DNA of 64,000 nt from an uncultured bacterium (GCA_963786935.1 CAWBAN010000001.1:897158-961157), one strand, 5' to 3'; numbered from the stretch's first letter, positions 48,361-58,209 are shown. Notes: a model not told the origin generated them from the sequence alone. Numbers and translations are program-made.

Positions 48361-49065
48361 CTATCGGTAGATGGACTTGATGGTGCCCCAGCTGCTCGAC
48401 TCGACTCCGACCGTGCAGCCGCCATCCTTCAAGTAAAGCCTGCCGGCGGGCAATGCCGGCGACGGAACGTACAGCTCCTCTTCCATCGTTTGCGCGTTGA
48501 CGACGTTCAGGGTGCCCGAAAAGCTCCCCGTGCCGCAGAAATTCCGGAAACAGCCGCCGCCGTAGTTGATATAGGCGACCAGGTTCCCCGAAATAACCTT
48601 CGCGGCGTATTCGCTCGCTTCCATGATGCCGTTCGCGTTCAGATCCCTGATCGTGATCGTGATCTGCGTGCAGCTCCCGCCGACCGTATCGCCGGCGGCG
48701 GTGTAGAAGCGCCACCGCGGCATCGGCTCGGCGGAACCGCTCGGCGGGAAATACCCGTCCCAGCTCTCCGAACCGGCCGACGCGTCGTAATGGAAGTAGT
48801 GGGAAATAACGTAATCCAAACGCTCGTTCTGCGGGGTGCCCGTATTGTCCGTCGGCCATCCCGTGTCGTCGAACGCGACCCAGAACGTCCCCGGAGACAG
48901 CGTCCCGCCGATGATCTGCCCGTAGAAAATCGGCTGATGCGCCATAAACGATCCGGTGCCGCTCAACGAGTACCGCTCCGTCCGAAACGTTATCGCGAGC
49001 ACGCTCGCAGCGGCGAACACCAGGATGCAGATCAGGGATGCGGCTAGCAGTCGCTTTTTGTTCAA
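48361..49065 (-). CDS. secreted protein, uncharacterized family (paralog B)
   Basis: The signal peptide is MNKKRLLAASLICILVFAAASVLA. It has the same motif set as paralog A (FWVAFDDTGWP, RLDYVISHYFHYDA, SGNLVAYINYGGGCFRNFCGTGSFSG, CTVGVESSSWGTIK). Confidence 0.6.
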   Translation of the reverse strand: MNKKRLLAASLICILVFAAASVLAITFRTERYSLSGTGSFMAHQPIFYGQIIGGTLSPGTFWVAFDDTGWPTDNTGTPQNERLDYVISHYFHYDASAGSESWDGYFPPSGSAEPMPRWRFYTAAGDTVGGSCTQITITIRDLNANGIMEASEYAAKVISGNLVAYINYGGGCFRNFCGTGSFSGTLNVVNAQTMEEELYVPSPALPAGRLYLKDGGCTVGVESSSWGTIKSIYR

Positions 49066-49209
49066 GACCCCCTCCTTCTTTTCCTCAGCGGATTCCCCAG
49101 CGGTTGATTAGGATTTGCGCGGGATTATACCATAACCGGCTTTGTTTGAAAATAGATATTTTGGCGCGATCGCTCCGGATCGCCGCCGCTCATCGATCGC
49201 CGCGCGGCG

Positions 49210-49980
49210 TCACCAAATCTCCCGCCTCGCGTAGGCGTCGAAGATCCGCAGCGAATAGTCGGAGAATTCGCCGATGATCTCGGGCATGCCGTCGTTGTTC
49301 ATGTCGAACAGCGTGATCCGGTCTCCGAACGGCTTGTCCCACGCCACGTCGACGTTATAGAACCGCGAATCGAGGATGAGCCCGCTGTTGAGGACGACTT
49401 CGACCTGCGGGTCCTTGTCGATGTTCTCGACGATGATCTCCGTCGCGTCGAAGGTCCGCTGGCTCACGACCTGCTTGCTCTTGCTCATGCCGTCGACGAT
49501 TATCATGCGGCCGTCGGCGATGAAGACGAACTCGAGCTGCGGATCGTCGTCGACGTTGGCGACTTCGATCGCCTGGATCGTCGTGAAATTGTCCTCGAGA
49601 TTCTCCCAGACGTTCTGATAGCTCCCCATGGCGTACATGAGGATGCGGCCGTCGACGGTCGCGATGATGATCTCGCGCGTTCCGTCCCCTTCAATGTCGC
49701 GGACGAAAAATTTGCGTATTTTCGATCCGAGATTCGTGAGCTCCCACTCGAGCTTCCAGCCTTTCGGCGTCGACCTGAGAATATGCAGCTTGCCGTTCAC
49801 ATCGGCGTAGATGATCCCGCATCCCCCCTGATCATCGAGCGATATGACCTGCGCGAACGGGAATCTGCAGAACTTCTCCGTCAGCAGGGAGCACGGAATC
49901 TCCTGCCCGCTCGCCGGAAGCGCCGCCGCCGGAACGAACGCGAGCACCGCGATAACCAGCGCGATCATTCGTGTTCTCAT
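49210..49980 (-). CDS. secreted FG-GAP/VCBS-like repeat protein
   Basis: AAAGGAG lies 11 nt upstream of ATG 49980. The signal peptide is MRTRMIALVIAVLAFVPAAALPASG. There are D-x-D/N-x-D-G calcium-loop-like repeats (IEGDGTREI, VANVDDDPQLEFV, ENIDKDPQVEVV, DMNNDGMPEI). Confidence 0.6.
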   Translation of the reverse strand: MRTRMIALVIAVLAFVPAAALPASGQEIPCSLLTEKFCRFPFAQVISLDDQGGCGIIYADVNGKLHILRSTPKGWKLEWELTNLGSKIRKFFVRDIEGDGTREIIIATVDGRILMYAMGSYQNVWENLEDNFTTIQAIEVANVDDDPQLEFVFIADGRMIIVDGMSKSKQVVSQRTFDATEIIVENIDKDPQVEVVLNSGLILDSRFYNVDVAWDKPFGDRITLFDMNNDGMPEIIGEFSDYSLRIFDAYARREIW

Positions 49981-49997
49981 TCTCTGTGCAACTCCTT

Positions 49998-51719
49998 TCA
50001 TCGAACATCCGGCTCCGCGGGATGAACTCCCCCGGCGCCTCCGTCCCCTCTCGGATCGCTCATGCCGCATGCGGCCGAACCCCTGACCTCGATAGCCTGC
50101 GCATCGCCGATCGGCCCCCGCTCCTCGATCCGGTGTCCCTTCTCCGCGAGGTTCCGCTGCAGATATCTGCCGAACGCGCCGTACTCGACGCTGATGCAGT
50201 CGGGCAGCCACTGGTGATGGAAGCGGGGCGTCGACACCGCCTCCTCGAGCGTCATGCCGAAATCGAGCATATCGACGAGAATCTGCGCTATCGTCGTGAT
50301 GATCGTAGCGCCTCCCGGCGTTCCGAGCACGAGATAAGCTTTTCCGTCCTTCAGCGCGATCGTCGGCGCCATCGAGCTCAGCATCCGCTTCCCCGGCGCG
50401 ATCGCATTCGCCTCCCCCCCCACGAGCCCGTACAGGTTCGGATGCCCCGGCTTGATGGAGAAATCATCCATCTCGTTGTTGAGAAGAAATCCCGCGCCGC
50501 CGACGACGAGCTTCGAACCGTAGCTGTCGTTGAGCGTATAGGTGACCGAAACGGCGCGGCCGTCCCCGTCGACGATGCTGTAATGCGTCGTCTCCCGCTT
50601 CTCCCGGTCCGCATCCGGGCCGCCTGAGATCTCCGCCGATGGGGTCGCCCGGGGGGTGATCGTCTCCCGCAGATCGGAAGCGTACCGTTTCGATATGAGG
50701 AGCGATACGCGATTGTCCGTGTGATCCGGATCGCCGAGATACCGCGCTCGGTCCGCGTATGCCCGCTTCTCGGCTTCGACCATATAGTGGATCATCTGGT
50801 CGGACATGAATCCCTTGCCCTGCAGATCGTAGCCCTCGAGAATATTGAGGATTTCGATGAGCACCGTTCCGCCCGAGCTCGGCGGGGGCGCGGACAGGAT
50901 CTCGAAACCGCGATAGCTTCCGCGCAGCGGCTCTCTGACGATCGCCTCGTATCCGGCGAGATCGCCCATCGAGATGATTCCGCCGCTCGCGCGCATCTCC
51001 TCGACGATGCGCTCCGCGATCGCCCCTCGGTAGAACGCCTCGGGGCCCTCGGCCGCGATTCGTTCGAGCGTGCCGGCCAGCGTCTCCTGCCTGAGCGTGT
51101 CCCCCGGCGCGAGGGGGGATCCGTCAGGTCTCATGAACTGCAGAAGCCCGGGGAACCGGTCTTTGTAATTCTGGAGCTCGCGGAGGGAGGACGCGAGCCG
51201 CTCGCTCGCCGGGAAACCGTCACGGGCGAGCGAGATCGCCGGCTCGATGAGATCCCGCCACGGAAAAGCGCCGTAGAGCGAATGCGCCCGGTGCAGGCCC
51301 GCGACGGTGCCGGGAACGCCGGCCGCCATTGCCCCGAGCGTGCTCAGCCCCTCGATCACGTTGCCGAGCGAATCGAGGTACATGTCGCGCGCCGCGCCCC
51401 CCGGCGCCGTTTCCCGAAAATCGATGAAGAAAGCCTCGCCCGAGGGGAGCCGCAGGAGCATGAACCCACCGCCGCCGAGGTTTCCCGCCTGCGGATGCGT
51501 TACCGCGAGGGCGAAGCCGACCGCCACGGCGGCATCGACCGCGTTGCCCCCGCGTCGGAGTATGTCGACGCCGACGGCCGTCGCCGCGGGGCTCGCCGTG
51601 ACGACCGTTCCCCCGTTCGCGCACAATTCCCCGCCCGCGGAAGAAACCGCGGGTGCGGCCGCCGTCAAACACACGCCGAGGATGAAGGCGCGCGCAAGCG
51701 CTTTCGATCGATACAACAT
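49998..51719 (-). CDS. ggt: gamma-glutamyltransferase
   Basis: It has a signal peptide, TTHYSIVDGDG (the catalytic Thr at the autoprocessing site), GGxxGG and MAPTI motifs. 573 aa. Confidence 0.9.
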   Translation of the reverse strand: MLYRSKALARAFILGVCLTAAAPAVSSAGGELCANGGTVVTASPAATAVGVDILRRGGNAVDAAVAVGFALAVTHPQAGNLGGGGFMLLRLPSGEAFFIDFRETAPGGAARDMYLDSLGNVIEGLSTLGAMAAGVPGTVAGLHRAHSLYGAFPWRDLIEPAISLARDGFPASERLASSLRELQNYKDRFPGLLQFMRPDGSPLAPGDTLRQETLAGTLERIAAEGPEAFYRGAIAERIVEEMRASGGIISMGDLAGYEAIVREPLRGSYRGFEILSAPPPSSGGTVLIEILNILEGYDLQGKGFMSDQMIHYMVEAEKRAYADRARYLGDPDHTDNRVSLLISKRYASDLRETITPRATPSAEISGGPDADREKRETTHYSIVDGDGRAVSVTYTLNDSYGSKLVVGGAGFLLNNEMDDFSIKPGHPNLYGLVGGEANAIAPGKRMLSSMAPTIALKDGKAYLVLGTPGGATIITTIAQILVDMLDFGMTLEEAVSTPRFHHQWLPDCISVEYGAFGRYLQRNLAEKGHRIEERGPIGDAQAIEVRGSAACGMSDPRGDGGAGGVHPAEPDVR

Positions 51720-51987
51720 GATCCCCTCTCCCCGCGCCCGCGCGCGGCCCGTGCACCCGCTCCCTTTAATTTACATTGTATCAGCCGCCTAACTCTTTGT
51801 AAACTCTGAAATATCGGCCATTCGCCCTCCCGCCGCAGGGCGGCCGGCCCCGTGTCTCTTCCCCCTTGACCGCCGGAAATAACCGGTATAGAATCAGCCA
51901 TGGGTATGACCCCATCGATATGGAAACGACCGTCGGCCCGGTCCGCGGTCCGGAGATCGCGATTCTTACTCTTCATAAGGCGGTAGG

Positions 51988-53580
51988 ATGATGATGCTTC
52001 GCGTTTGTGCCGCTGCCCTCCTGATGCTCGTTTCGACGGCCGCATCGGCTACTCCCGGAGACGTCTCGAAGAAGATCCCGCTTCGCATGAGCCACGCGAC
52101 GGGCGTGACCTGGGACGGACGAAGCGCCTGGGTCGCCGACCGGAAAACGGACATGTTCTACCGGATCGACCTCGCGAGCGGCGCGGTCAAGGATTCCCTC
52201 GAATCCCCGGGGTATTTCCCCTCGGGGCTCGCGTGGGACGGCACGCTGCTGTGGAGCAGCGACCCGACGGATGCGAAGATCTACGCGACCGACGTGGCGT
52301 CGGGAAAGACGGTCCTCGCCGTCGACGCGCCGGCCTCGGGCCCCATGGGCATCGCCTGGGACGGCGCGAACCTCTGGGTGTGCGACAACGCGGAGAAGAA
52401 GATCTCCCGGATCGATCCGAGCGACGGCACGACCATCACGGCGTTCAAATCCCCCGCGACCGATCCCCGCGGCATCGTTTTCGGCGGCGGCTACCTCTGG
52501 TGCTCCGACCGGCTGAAGGACCAGATCTACGGAATCGATCCTTCGAACGGCATGGTCGTCATCACGCTCGACGCGCCGGGGAGATTCTGCTGGGGGCTCG
52601 CGTGGAAAGACGGGCGGCTCCTCGCCGTCGACTATCAGGATGACGCGCTCTACGAGATCGTCGTCAAGGACGGCAAGCAGTACAAGACGTTCGATCCGAG
52701 ACGCGCGGTCGTCGCCTTCGCCAACGAAGCCGCGACGTCCGGCGAAGGGGAGATCGTTTCCCTCGACATCAACTGCGCCGTTCCGGCCGACCGGCCGAAT
52801 CAGAAGATTCTCGGCCCGATCGAGTATTCCCCGCAGCCGGCGCGCTTCGCGAAAGACCGATGGGGCCAGGAAGTGGCGGTGTTCCACTTCGAAGCGCTCC
52901 AGCCGCCCCGATTCGTCGAGGCCTCGATGAGGATCTCGCTCGAGACGTCGGCGATCCGTTACTTCATCTATCCCGAGGACGTGGGATCGGCCATCCCGGC
53001 GGACATCAAGAAGCTGTACCTCGCCGACGAGATCAAATACGACCTCGCGAATCCGTATATCCAGAGCGTCGTCCGGGATGTCGTCGGCTCCGAGACGAAC
53101 CTGTACTGGAAGGCGCGGAAGCTCTTCCAGCACCTCATCGCGAACATGGAATACCTGATGGTCGGGGGCTGGAACACGGCGCCGACCGTGCTGCAGCGCG
53201 GCACCGGCTCGTGCTCGGAGTATTCCTTCAGCTACATCGCGCTCTGCAGGGCCGCGGGCGTTCCCGCGCGGTACGTCGGCGCCCTCGTCATCCGCGGCGA
53301 CGACGCGAGCTACGACGACGTTTTTCACCGCTGGTGCGAGATATACCTCCCCGGCTACGGCTGGGTCCCCGTCGACGCCAACGCGGGGGACCGCGAGATC
53401 CCCGCGGAGCAGGCCGCCGCGTTCGGCGGCGTCGCGAACCGGTTTCTCGTCACGACCGCGGGGGGCGGCGCGTCCGAATACCTCGATTGGAACTACAACG
53501 CGCAGCCGGAATGGATTTCGACCGGCAAGTGCCGGGTGAAGCTGGAAAGCATCGCCGAATGGGAGCCTATGGCGAAATAG
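51988..53580 (+). CDS. transglutaminase-like cysteine protease domain protein with N-terminal beta-propeller repeats
   Basis: A signal peptide is followed by about 5 repeats of the form G(I/L)AWDG..LWxxD....KI..ID..G. The core is a transglutaminase Cys-His-Asp fold (GTGSCSEYSFSYIALCRAAGVPARYV...HRWCEIYLPGYGWVPVDAN). Confidence 0.8.
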   Translation: MMMLRVCAAALLMLVSTAASATPGDVSKKIPLRMSHATGVTWDGRSAWVADRKTDMFYRIDLASGAVKDSLESPGYFPSGLAWDGTLLWSSDPTDAKIYATDVASGKTVLAVDAPASGPMGIAWDGANLWVCDNAEKKISRIDPSDGTTITAFKSPATDPRGIVFGGGYLWCSDRLKDQIYGIDPSNGMVVITLDAPGRFCWGLAWKDGRLLAVDYQDDALYEIVVKDGKQYKTFDPRRAVVAFANEAATSGEGEIVSLDINCAVPADRPNQKILGPIEYSPQPARFAKDRWGQEVAVFHFEALQPPRFVEASMRISLETSAIRYFIYPEDVGSAIPADIKKLYLADEIKYDLANPYIQSVVRDVVGSETNLYWKARKLFQHLIANMEYLMVGGWNTAPTVLQRGTGSCSEYSFSYIALCRAAGVPARYVGALVIRGDDASYDDVFHRWCEIYLPGYGWVPVDANAGDREIPAEQAAAFGGVANRFLVTTAGGGASEYLDWNYNAQPEWISTGKCRVKLESIAEWEPMAK

Positions 53581-53635
53581 CAATGGTTTGATGTGCGGAC
53601 GGATTGAATTTTCGTAGCCGGGAGGTCAGCGCGAA

Positions 53636-55033
53636 ATGGGAATCCGTGAACGTGCAGCGAACTACGCGAAAGAAAAGATAATCGCCGAGATCACGACCCT
53701 CAGGCCGAGAGCCTCGACGAAGAACATCCTGCGCATGCTCGCGCTCGGCGAGCGCCTCACGAACGATCCCGAGTACAAGAGCGGCGCGCGCAATCTCCGC
53801 AATCTTTTCATTCAAGGGCATCCTTCCTCTATCGTCGTCAAGGACGTCATCGGCCGGCTTTCGCCCCGGTGCCGCGAGAAGCTCATCCGGAACCTTCTCA
53901 TCAATGCGTTCCTCACGGGGATCGACCGGCGAAAGCAGATCCTTCGCGACGAAGGCTTTCAGCCGCCGCAGTTCGTCGTCATCAGCCCCACCATGCGGTG
54001 CAATCTCAAATGCCCCGGCTGCTACGCCGGCGAATACGAACAGGAAGAGGGGCTTCCCTTCTCCCTCATCGACCGGATCCTCACCGAATGCAAGGATCTC
54101 GGCATGTACTTCAACACGATGAGCGGCGGCGAAGTGCTCATGCGCAAGGACATCTTCGACATCTGGGAAAAGCACAACGACATGTATTTCCAGATCTACA
54201 CGAACGGAACCATGATCAACGAGAAGGTCGCCGATCGGCTCGCCGCGCTCGGAAACGTCGCTCCCATGGTGAGCCTCGAGGGATTCGAGGAGGAGACGGA
54301 CGCCCGGCGCGGCCCGGGCACGTTCGCCAGGGTCATGCGCGCGTTCGACCTCATGAAGGAGCGCGGCATGGTTTTCGGCGCCTCGGTCACCGAGACGCGC
54401 CACAACATCGAGACGCTCGCGAGCGACGGGTTCGTCGACCTGTGCATCGAGAAGGGCTGCATGGTGATCTGGTACTTCCAGTACATCCCCATCGGCCGGC
54501 GGCCGTCGCTCGATCTCATGCCCGCTCCCGAGCAGCGCGATTGGCTGCGAAAACGGGTTCACGAGCTTCGCGAAACGCGTCCGATCTTTCTCGGCGATTT
54601 CTGGAACGACGGCCCGTACGTTCACGGATGCATCGCCGGGGGCCGCGAGTACTTCCACATCAACGCGAACGGCGACATCGAGCCGTGTGTCTTCTGCCAT
54701 TTCGCGGTCGACAATATTCGGGACAAATCGCTCAGGGAGGCGATCAACTCGCCGTTCCTCAGGAGGATCCGGTCGCTCCAGCCGTACCGGGAGAACCTGC
54801 TGACGCCGTGCATGCTCATCGACGCGCCCGATGTGCTTCGGAAGGTCATCGGAGAGTTCGACGCGCGGCCGACGTGCGAGGGGGCCGCGGAGCTCATCGA
54901 GGAATTCGGGCCCGAGCTCGACCGGTATGCCCAGGCCTACCGCTCGTACGCGGACCCCGCGTGGCAAACGGAGTGGAAACGGAAGCAGCCGCCGAACGCG
55001 GCGGTCAACCTTTCACGCACACTATCGGTTTGA
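53636..55033 (+). CDS. radical SAM/SPASM-domain protein with ~125-aa N-terminal extension
   Basis: It has CNLKCPGCY (CxxxCxxC) at about aa 131, then SGGEVLM. The C-terminal auxiliary-cluster motif (CIAGGREYFHINANGDIEPCVFCHF) is SPASM/twitch-like. Confidence 0.85.
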   Translation: MGIRERAANYAKEKIIAEITTLRPRASTKNILRMLALGERLTNDPEYKSGARNLRNLFIQGHPSSIVVKDVIGRLSPRCREKLIRNLLINAFLTGIDRRKQILRDEGFQPPQFVVISPTMRCNLKCPGCYAGEYEQEEGLPFSLIDRILTECKDLGMYFNTMSGGEVLMRKDIFDIWEKHNDMYFQIYTNGTMINEKVADRLAALGNVAPMVSLEGFEEETDARRGPGTFARVMRAFDLMKERGMVFGASVTETRHNIETLASDGFVDLCIEKGCMVIWYFQYIPIGRRPSLDLMPAPEQRDWLRKRVHELRETRPIFLGDFWNDGPYVHGCIAGGREYFHINANGDIEPCVFCHFAVDNIRDKSLREAINSPFLRRIRSLQPYRENLLTPCMLIDAPDVLRKVIGEFDARPTCEGAAELIEEFGPELDRYAQAYRSYADPAWQTEWKRKQPPNAAVNLSRTLSV

Positions 55034-56459
55034 GCCGCGCGACGCGCTTGTTCACCCCCGCGCCTTCCATGATCCCCACGACGTTGTCGACGTCCTTGTA
55101 AGCGCCCGGGGCCTCCTCGGCGACCCCCGGCTTGCTGTGAACGCGAACGACGATGCCCCGCGCGGCGAGGTCGGCGATGATCCGCTCCCCGCGGTATTGC
55201 TTGAGGGCCTGCTTTCGCGAGGTGCGCCTCCCCGCGCCGTGAATGGCGCTGCCGAACGTCTCCCGCATCCCCCGTTCGGTGCCGATGAGGACGTACGAGC
55301 TCGTTCCCATCGTCCCGCCGACGAGAACGGGCTGCCCCACGGCGCGGTACCGCTCGGGGAGACCGGGGCTCTCCGGGCCGAAGGCGCGCGTGGCCCCCTT
55401 GCGGTGGACGAGCAGATCCGTCGGCTTCCCATCGAGAACGTGCCGCTCGAGCTTGAGGTTGTTGTGGCCGACCTCGTACATCGTCCGCATCCCGGCCCCG
55501 GCGGCGCCGAAGACCTCCCGGAACGCCTTCCGCACGAGATGGGCGATCGCCTGCCGGTTGGCGAAGGCGCAGTTGATTCCCGATTTCACCGCGGCGATGT
55601 AGCGTTTCCCCTCGGGGCTCGTGATCGGCGCGGCGACGAGCTCCGATTCCCGGACCGGGATCTTGTATTTTTCGCTCGCCCGCCGAAGCACCGACTGGTA
55701 ATCGGTGCCGATCTGATGGCCGAGAGCCCTGCTTCCCGTATGGATGCTCACGACAACTGTATCCGGGGCGAGACCGAAGGCGGCGGCGGCCCGCTCGTCG
55801 TACACGGCGTCGACGTACTGCACCTCGAGGTAGTGGTTCCCCGAGCCGAGCGTTCCCACCTGCTTGAACTGCCGCTCCTTGGCGGTGTCGCTCACGCACG
55901 ACGGATCGGCGCCTTCGACCACGCCCCCCTCCTCCACGTACGCGAGATCCTCGGCCGACTCCCAGCCCCGCTCGATCACGAACCGGGCGCCGCGCAGGAG
56001 CACCTGATCGATCTCTTTCGCGGAGAGCTTCAGCGATCCGGTGGACCCGATTCCGGCGGGCACGATCCTGAAGAGCGCGTCGGCGAGATCCGTCTTCCGC
56101 TCTTCGACGTCCCGTTTCGGGACGCCCGCGATCATCGTCCGCACGCCGCAATTGATGTCGAATCCGACCCCGGCTATCGTCACCACACCCTCGTCGATAT
56201 CGAAGGCGCCGACGCCGCCGATGGGAAATCCGTACCCCGGATGGATGTCCGCCATCGCCAGCGACGCCATGCGGATGCCGGGGAGACAGGCGACGTTCCG
56301 CACCTGGAGCAGCGCGTCCCACTCCTTGCTCTTACTCTCGGACAGGAGAAACCGGATCGAATCCTCGTCGGCGTAGATGCGGCCGGGCACGTTCATCTCG
56401 CCGGATTTCGGGATCTCCCAGAGGTAATCGTGGATCTTCTTCAACTCGACTCGAGACAT
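55005..56459 (-). CDS. rtcB: RNA-splicing ligase RtcB
   Basis: It has DIHPGYGFPIGGV, FDINCGVR, GSGNHYLEV and HNNL motifs. 484 aa. Confidence 0.9.
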   Translation of the reverse strand: MSRVELKKIHDYLWEIPKSGEMNVPGRIYADEDSIRFLLSESKSKEWDALLQVRNVACLPGIRMASLAMADIHPGYGFPIGGVGAFDIDEGVVTIAGVGFDINCGVRTMIAGVPKRDVEERKTDLADALFRIVPAGIGSTGSLKLSAKEIDQVLLRGARFVIERGWESAEDLAYVEEGGVVEGADPSCVSDTAKERQFKQVGTLGSGNHYLEVQYVDAVYDERAAAAFGLAPDTVVVSIHTGSRALGHQIGTDYQSVLRRASEKYKIPVRESELVAAPITSPEGKRYIAAVKSGINCAFANRQAIAHLVRKAFREVFGAAGAGMRTMYEVGHNNLKLERHVLDGKPTDLLVHRKGATRAFGPESPGLPERYRAVGQPVLVGGTMGTSSYVLIGTERGMRETFGSAIHGAGRRTSRKQALKQYRGERIIADLAARGIVVRVHSKPGVAEEAPGAYKDVDNVVGIMEGAGVNKRVARLKPIVCVKG

Positions 56460-56471
56460 GTTCCGGCCCCC

Positions 56472-56909
56472 CTATAGATCGACCACGCAGCGGGCGACCC
56501 ACGTTCCCGGCTCGCGCTCTTCGACCGACGCGCCGTAGAACGTCGCCGCCTTCACCTCGACGAGGAGCCGATCGCGGACCTCGCCGATCGGCAGCCCCCC
56601 GGCGACCGCCGCGAGCTTCCAAGTCCCGTCCACGCGCGCGAGATTCTCGACGGCGACCGCGAGCACCGCTGTTTCGGCCAGATCCCCCTCGGCCAGAATG
56701 CCGTTGAGAAACTCGAGGAGGAGCTCGACGAGATCGGCCCCCTCGCGCTCGATCCTCAAGCGTTTCGACGGGACGAGCCCCTTCCCGTCGATCATGATCC
56801 CGATCATCGCCGCGGCGGCCTCCTCGAACGCCTCTGCGGGCGTTCTCCCCCATCCGCGGATGCCCATGTCCGCCGTGTGATCGATCGTTTCGTGTCCCCG
56901 ATTATTCAT
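56472..56909 (-). CDS. archease (RtcB activator)
   Basis: The 145-aa protein starts MNNRGHETIDHTADMGIRGWGRTPAEAFEEAA, the typical archease N-terminus. I trimmed the listed 416-aa ORF to this Met. Confidence 0.85.
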   Translation of the reverse strand: MNNRGHETIDHTADMGIRGWGRTPAEAFEEAAAAMIGIMIDGKGLVPSKRLRIEREGADLVELLLEFLNGILAEGDLAETAVLAVAVENLARVDGTWKLAAVAGGLPIGEVRDRLLVEVKAATFYGASVEEREPGTWVARCVVDL

Positions 56910-56947
56910 GGCTCGGCTCCCGCGCGGCGCGCGCCGCCCCGGCGCCG

Positions 56948-58036
56948 TCACGGATTGAAATAGTAATGGACGACGTCGCCGTCCCGGATCACGTACTCGT
57001 GCCCCTCGGTCCGCAGAAAGCCGTGCGTGTGAACAGCCGCGCGCGAACCGAACTCGACGAGGCGCTCGAAGCTCATCACCTCGGCCTTCACGAATCCGCG
57101 CTCCATGTCGGTGTGTATCCTGCCGGCCGCCCGCGGGGCGCTCGTTCCGCGGGGCACCGACCATGCCTGGAGCTTGTCGTGCGCCGCGGTGTAATAACGG
57201 ACGAGCCCGAGAAGATCGTGGCATTGCTCGATGAATCGCGTCTTCCCTCGCGCGTCGGCGCCGAGCTCCCGCACGAACTGCGTCCGCTCCTCCTCGGAGA
57301 GCGCGTCGAGCTCGTCCTCGAGCTTCGCCGAGATGATAAAGACGTTCTTTTCGCCGAACCTCGCGGCCGCCCGCGCGCATTCGTCTCCCCGTCCCGCCGG
57401 ATCCTCGTACCCCGTATTGAGGACGACGATCCGCGGCTTCGACGTGAGGAGCTGGAGCTCGTCGTAGAGCGCCGACATCGGCGCCGGCACGCGCTCCGGT
57501 CCCACCCGTTCGCCACGCTCGAGGGCGGCATGAACGGATTCGAGAAACTCGAGCTCCTTCCGCTCTTCCTTCTTGAGCGCCTTCGCGCGCGTCCGCTCCT
57601 TCTCGAGCCATCGCTCGACGCGCTCGACGTCGGAGAGGAGAAGCTCGTTCTCCACGATCTCGAGATCGAGGAGCGGATCGGCCGTGCCGTACATATGGCT
57701 CACGTCTTCTTCCCGGAAACACCTGAGCACGTGGGCGAGCACGCTCGCCTCGCGCACGTGATGGAGGAACTTGTTCCCGAGGCCCTCCCCCCGGTGCGCC
57801 CCCTTGACGAGCCCCGCGATGTCGATGAACGTGACGGTGGCGGGGATAACCTCCTTCGGCTTGAGAATCTCGGCGAGCTTCTCGAGCCGCTCGTCGGGCA
57901 CGGGAACTGTGCCCCGATTCGCGTCGATCGTGCAGAAGGGATAGTTTGAAGCGGCCGCTCCCGCGTGGCAGAGCGCGTTCATGAGCGTGGACTTGCCGAC
58001 GTTCGGAAGGCCGATTATTCCGACAGAGATTCCCAT
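56948..58036 (-). CDS. ychF: redox-regulated/ribosome-binding ATPase YchF
   Basis: It has GIIGLPNVGKSTLMNAL, an NxxE-type G4 and a C-terminal TGS domain (GFVKAEVMSFERLVEFGS). 362 aa. Confidence 0.9.
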   Translation of the reverse strand: MGISVGIIGLPNVGKSTLMNALCHAGAAASNYPFCTIDANRGTVPVPDERLEKLAEILKPKEVIPATVTFIDIAGLVKGAHRGEGLGNKFLHHVREASVLAHVLRCFREEDVSHMYGTADPLLDLEIVENELLLSDVERVERWLEKERTRAKALKKEERKELEFLESVHAALERGERVGPERVPAPMSALYDELQLLTSKPRIVVLNTGYEDPAGRGDECARAAARFGEKNVFIISAKLEDELDALSEEERTQFVRELGADARGKTRFIEQCHDLLGLVRYYTAAHDKLQAWSVPRGTSAPRAAGRIHTDMERGFVKAEVMSFERLVEFGSRAAVHTHGFLRTEGHEYVIRDGDVVHYYFNP

Positions 58037-58104
58037 ACGAGGCTCTCAGGCGTCATGAAGAACGAGCGATACCGGGCACCGACAAGAGTCTATGGCAAAG
58101 ATCG

Positions 58105-58146
58105 CCGCAAGTCAAAAGACAAAAAGATCTCCGGCCCTCGGGGACC
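58105..58146 (-). terminator. rho-independent terminator downstream of YHS-repeat gene
   Basis: A 9-bp perfect inverted repeat GATCTCCGG...CCGGAGATC has a 10-nt loop. On the minus strand it is followed by TTTTTGTCTTTTG. It lies 65 nt after the stop at 58210. Confidence 0.5.
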
Positions 58147-58209
58147 GGAGATCTCGATGCGTTGCGTTCCTGCGGCGCCGCTCCGTCGAGGGGAGCGCGC
58201 GCCGGCGCA

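Noticed and set aside
51840-51930. A 28-codon ORF (MGMTPSIWKRPSARSAVRRSRFLLFIRR) upstream of the transglutaminase gene, considered as a RiPP precursor.
   Set aside because: It is Arg-rich junk with no core or leader-like features and no RBS. It is not convincing as a precursor peptide.
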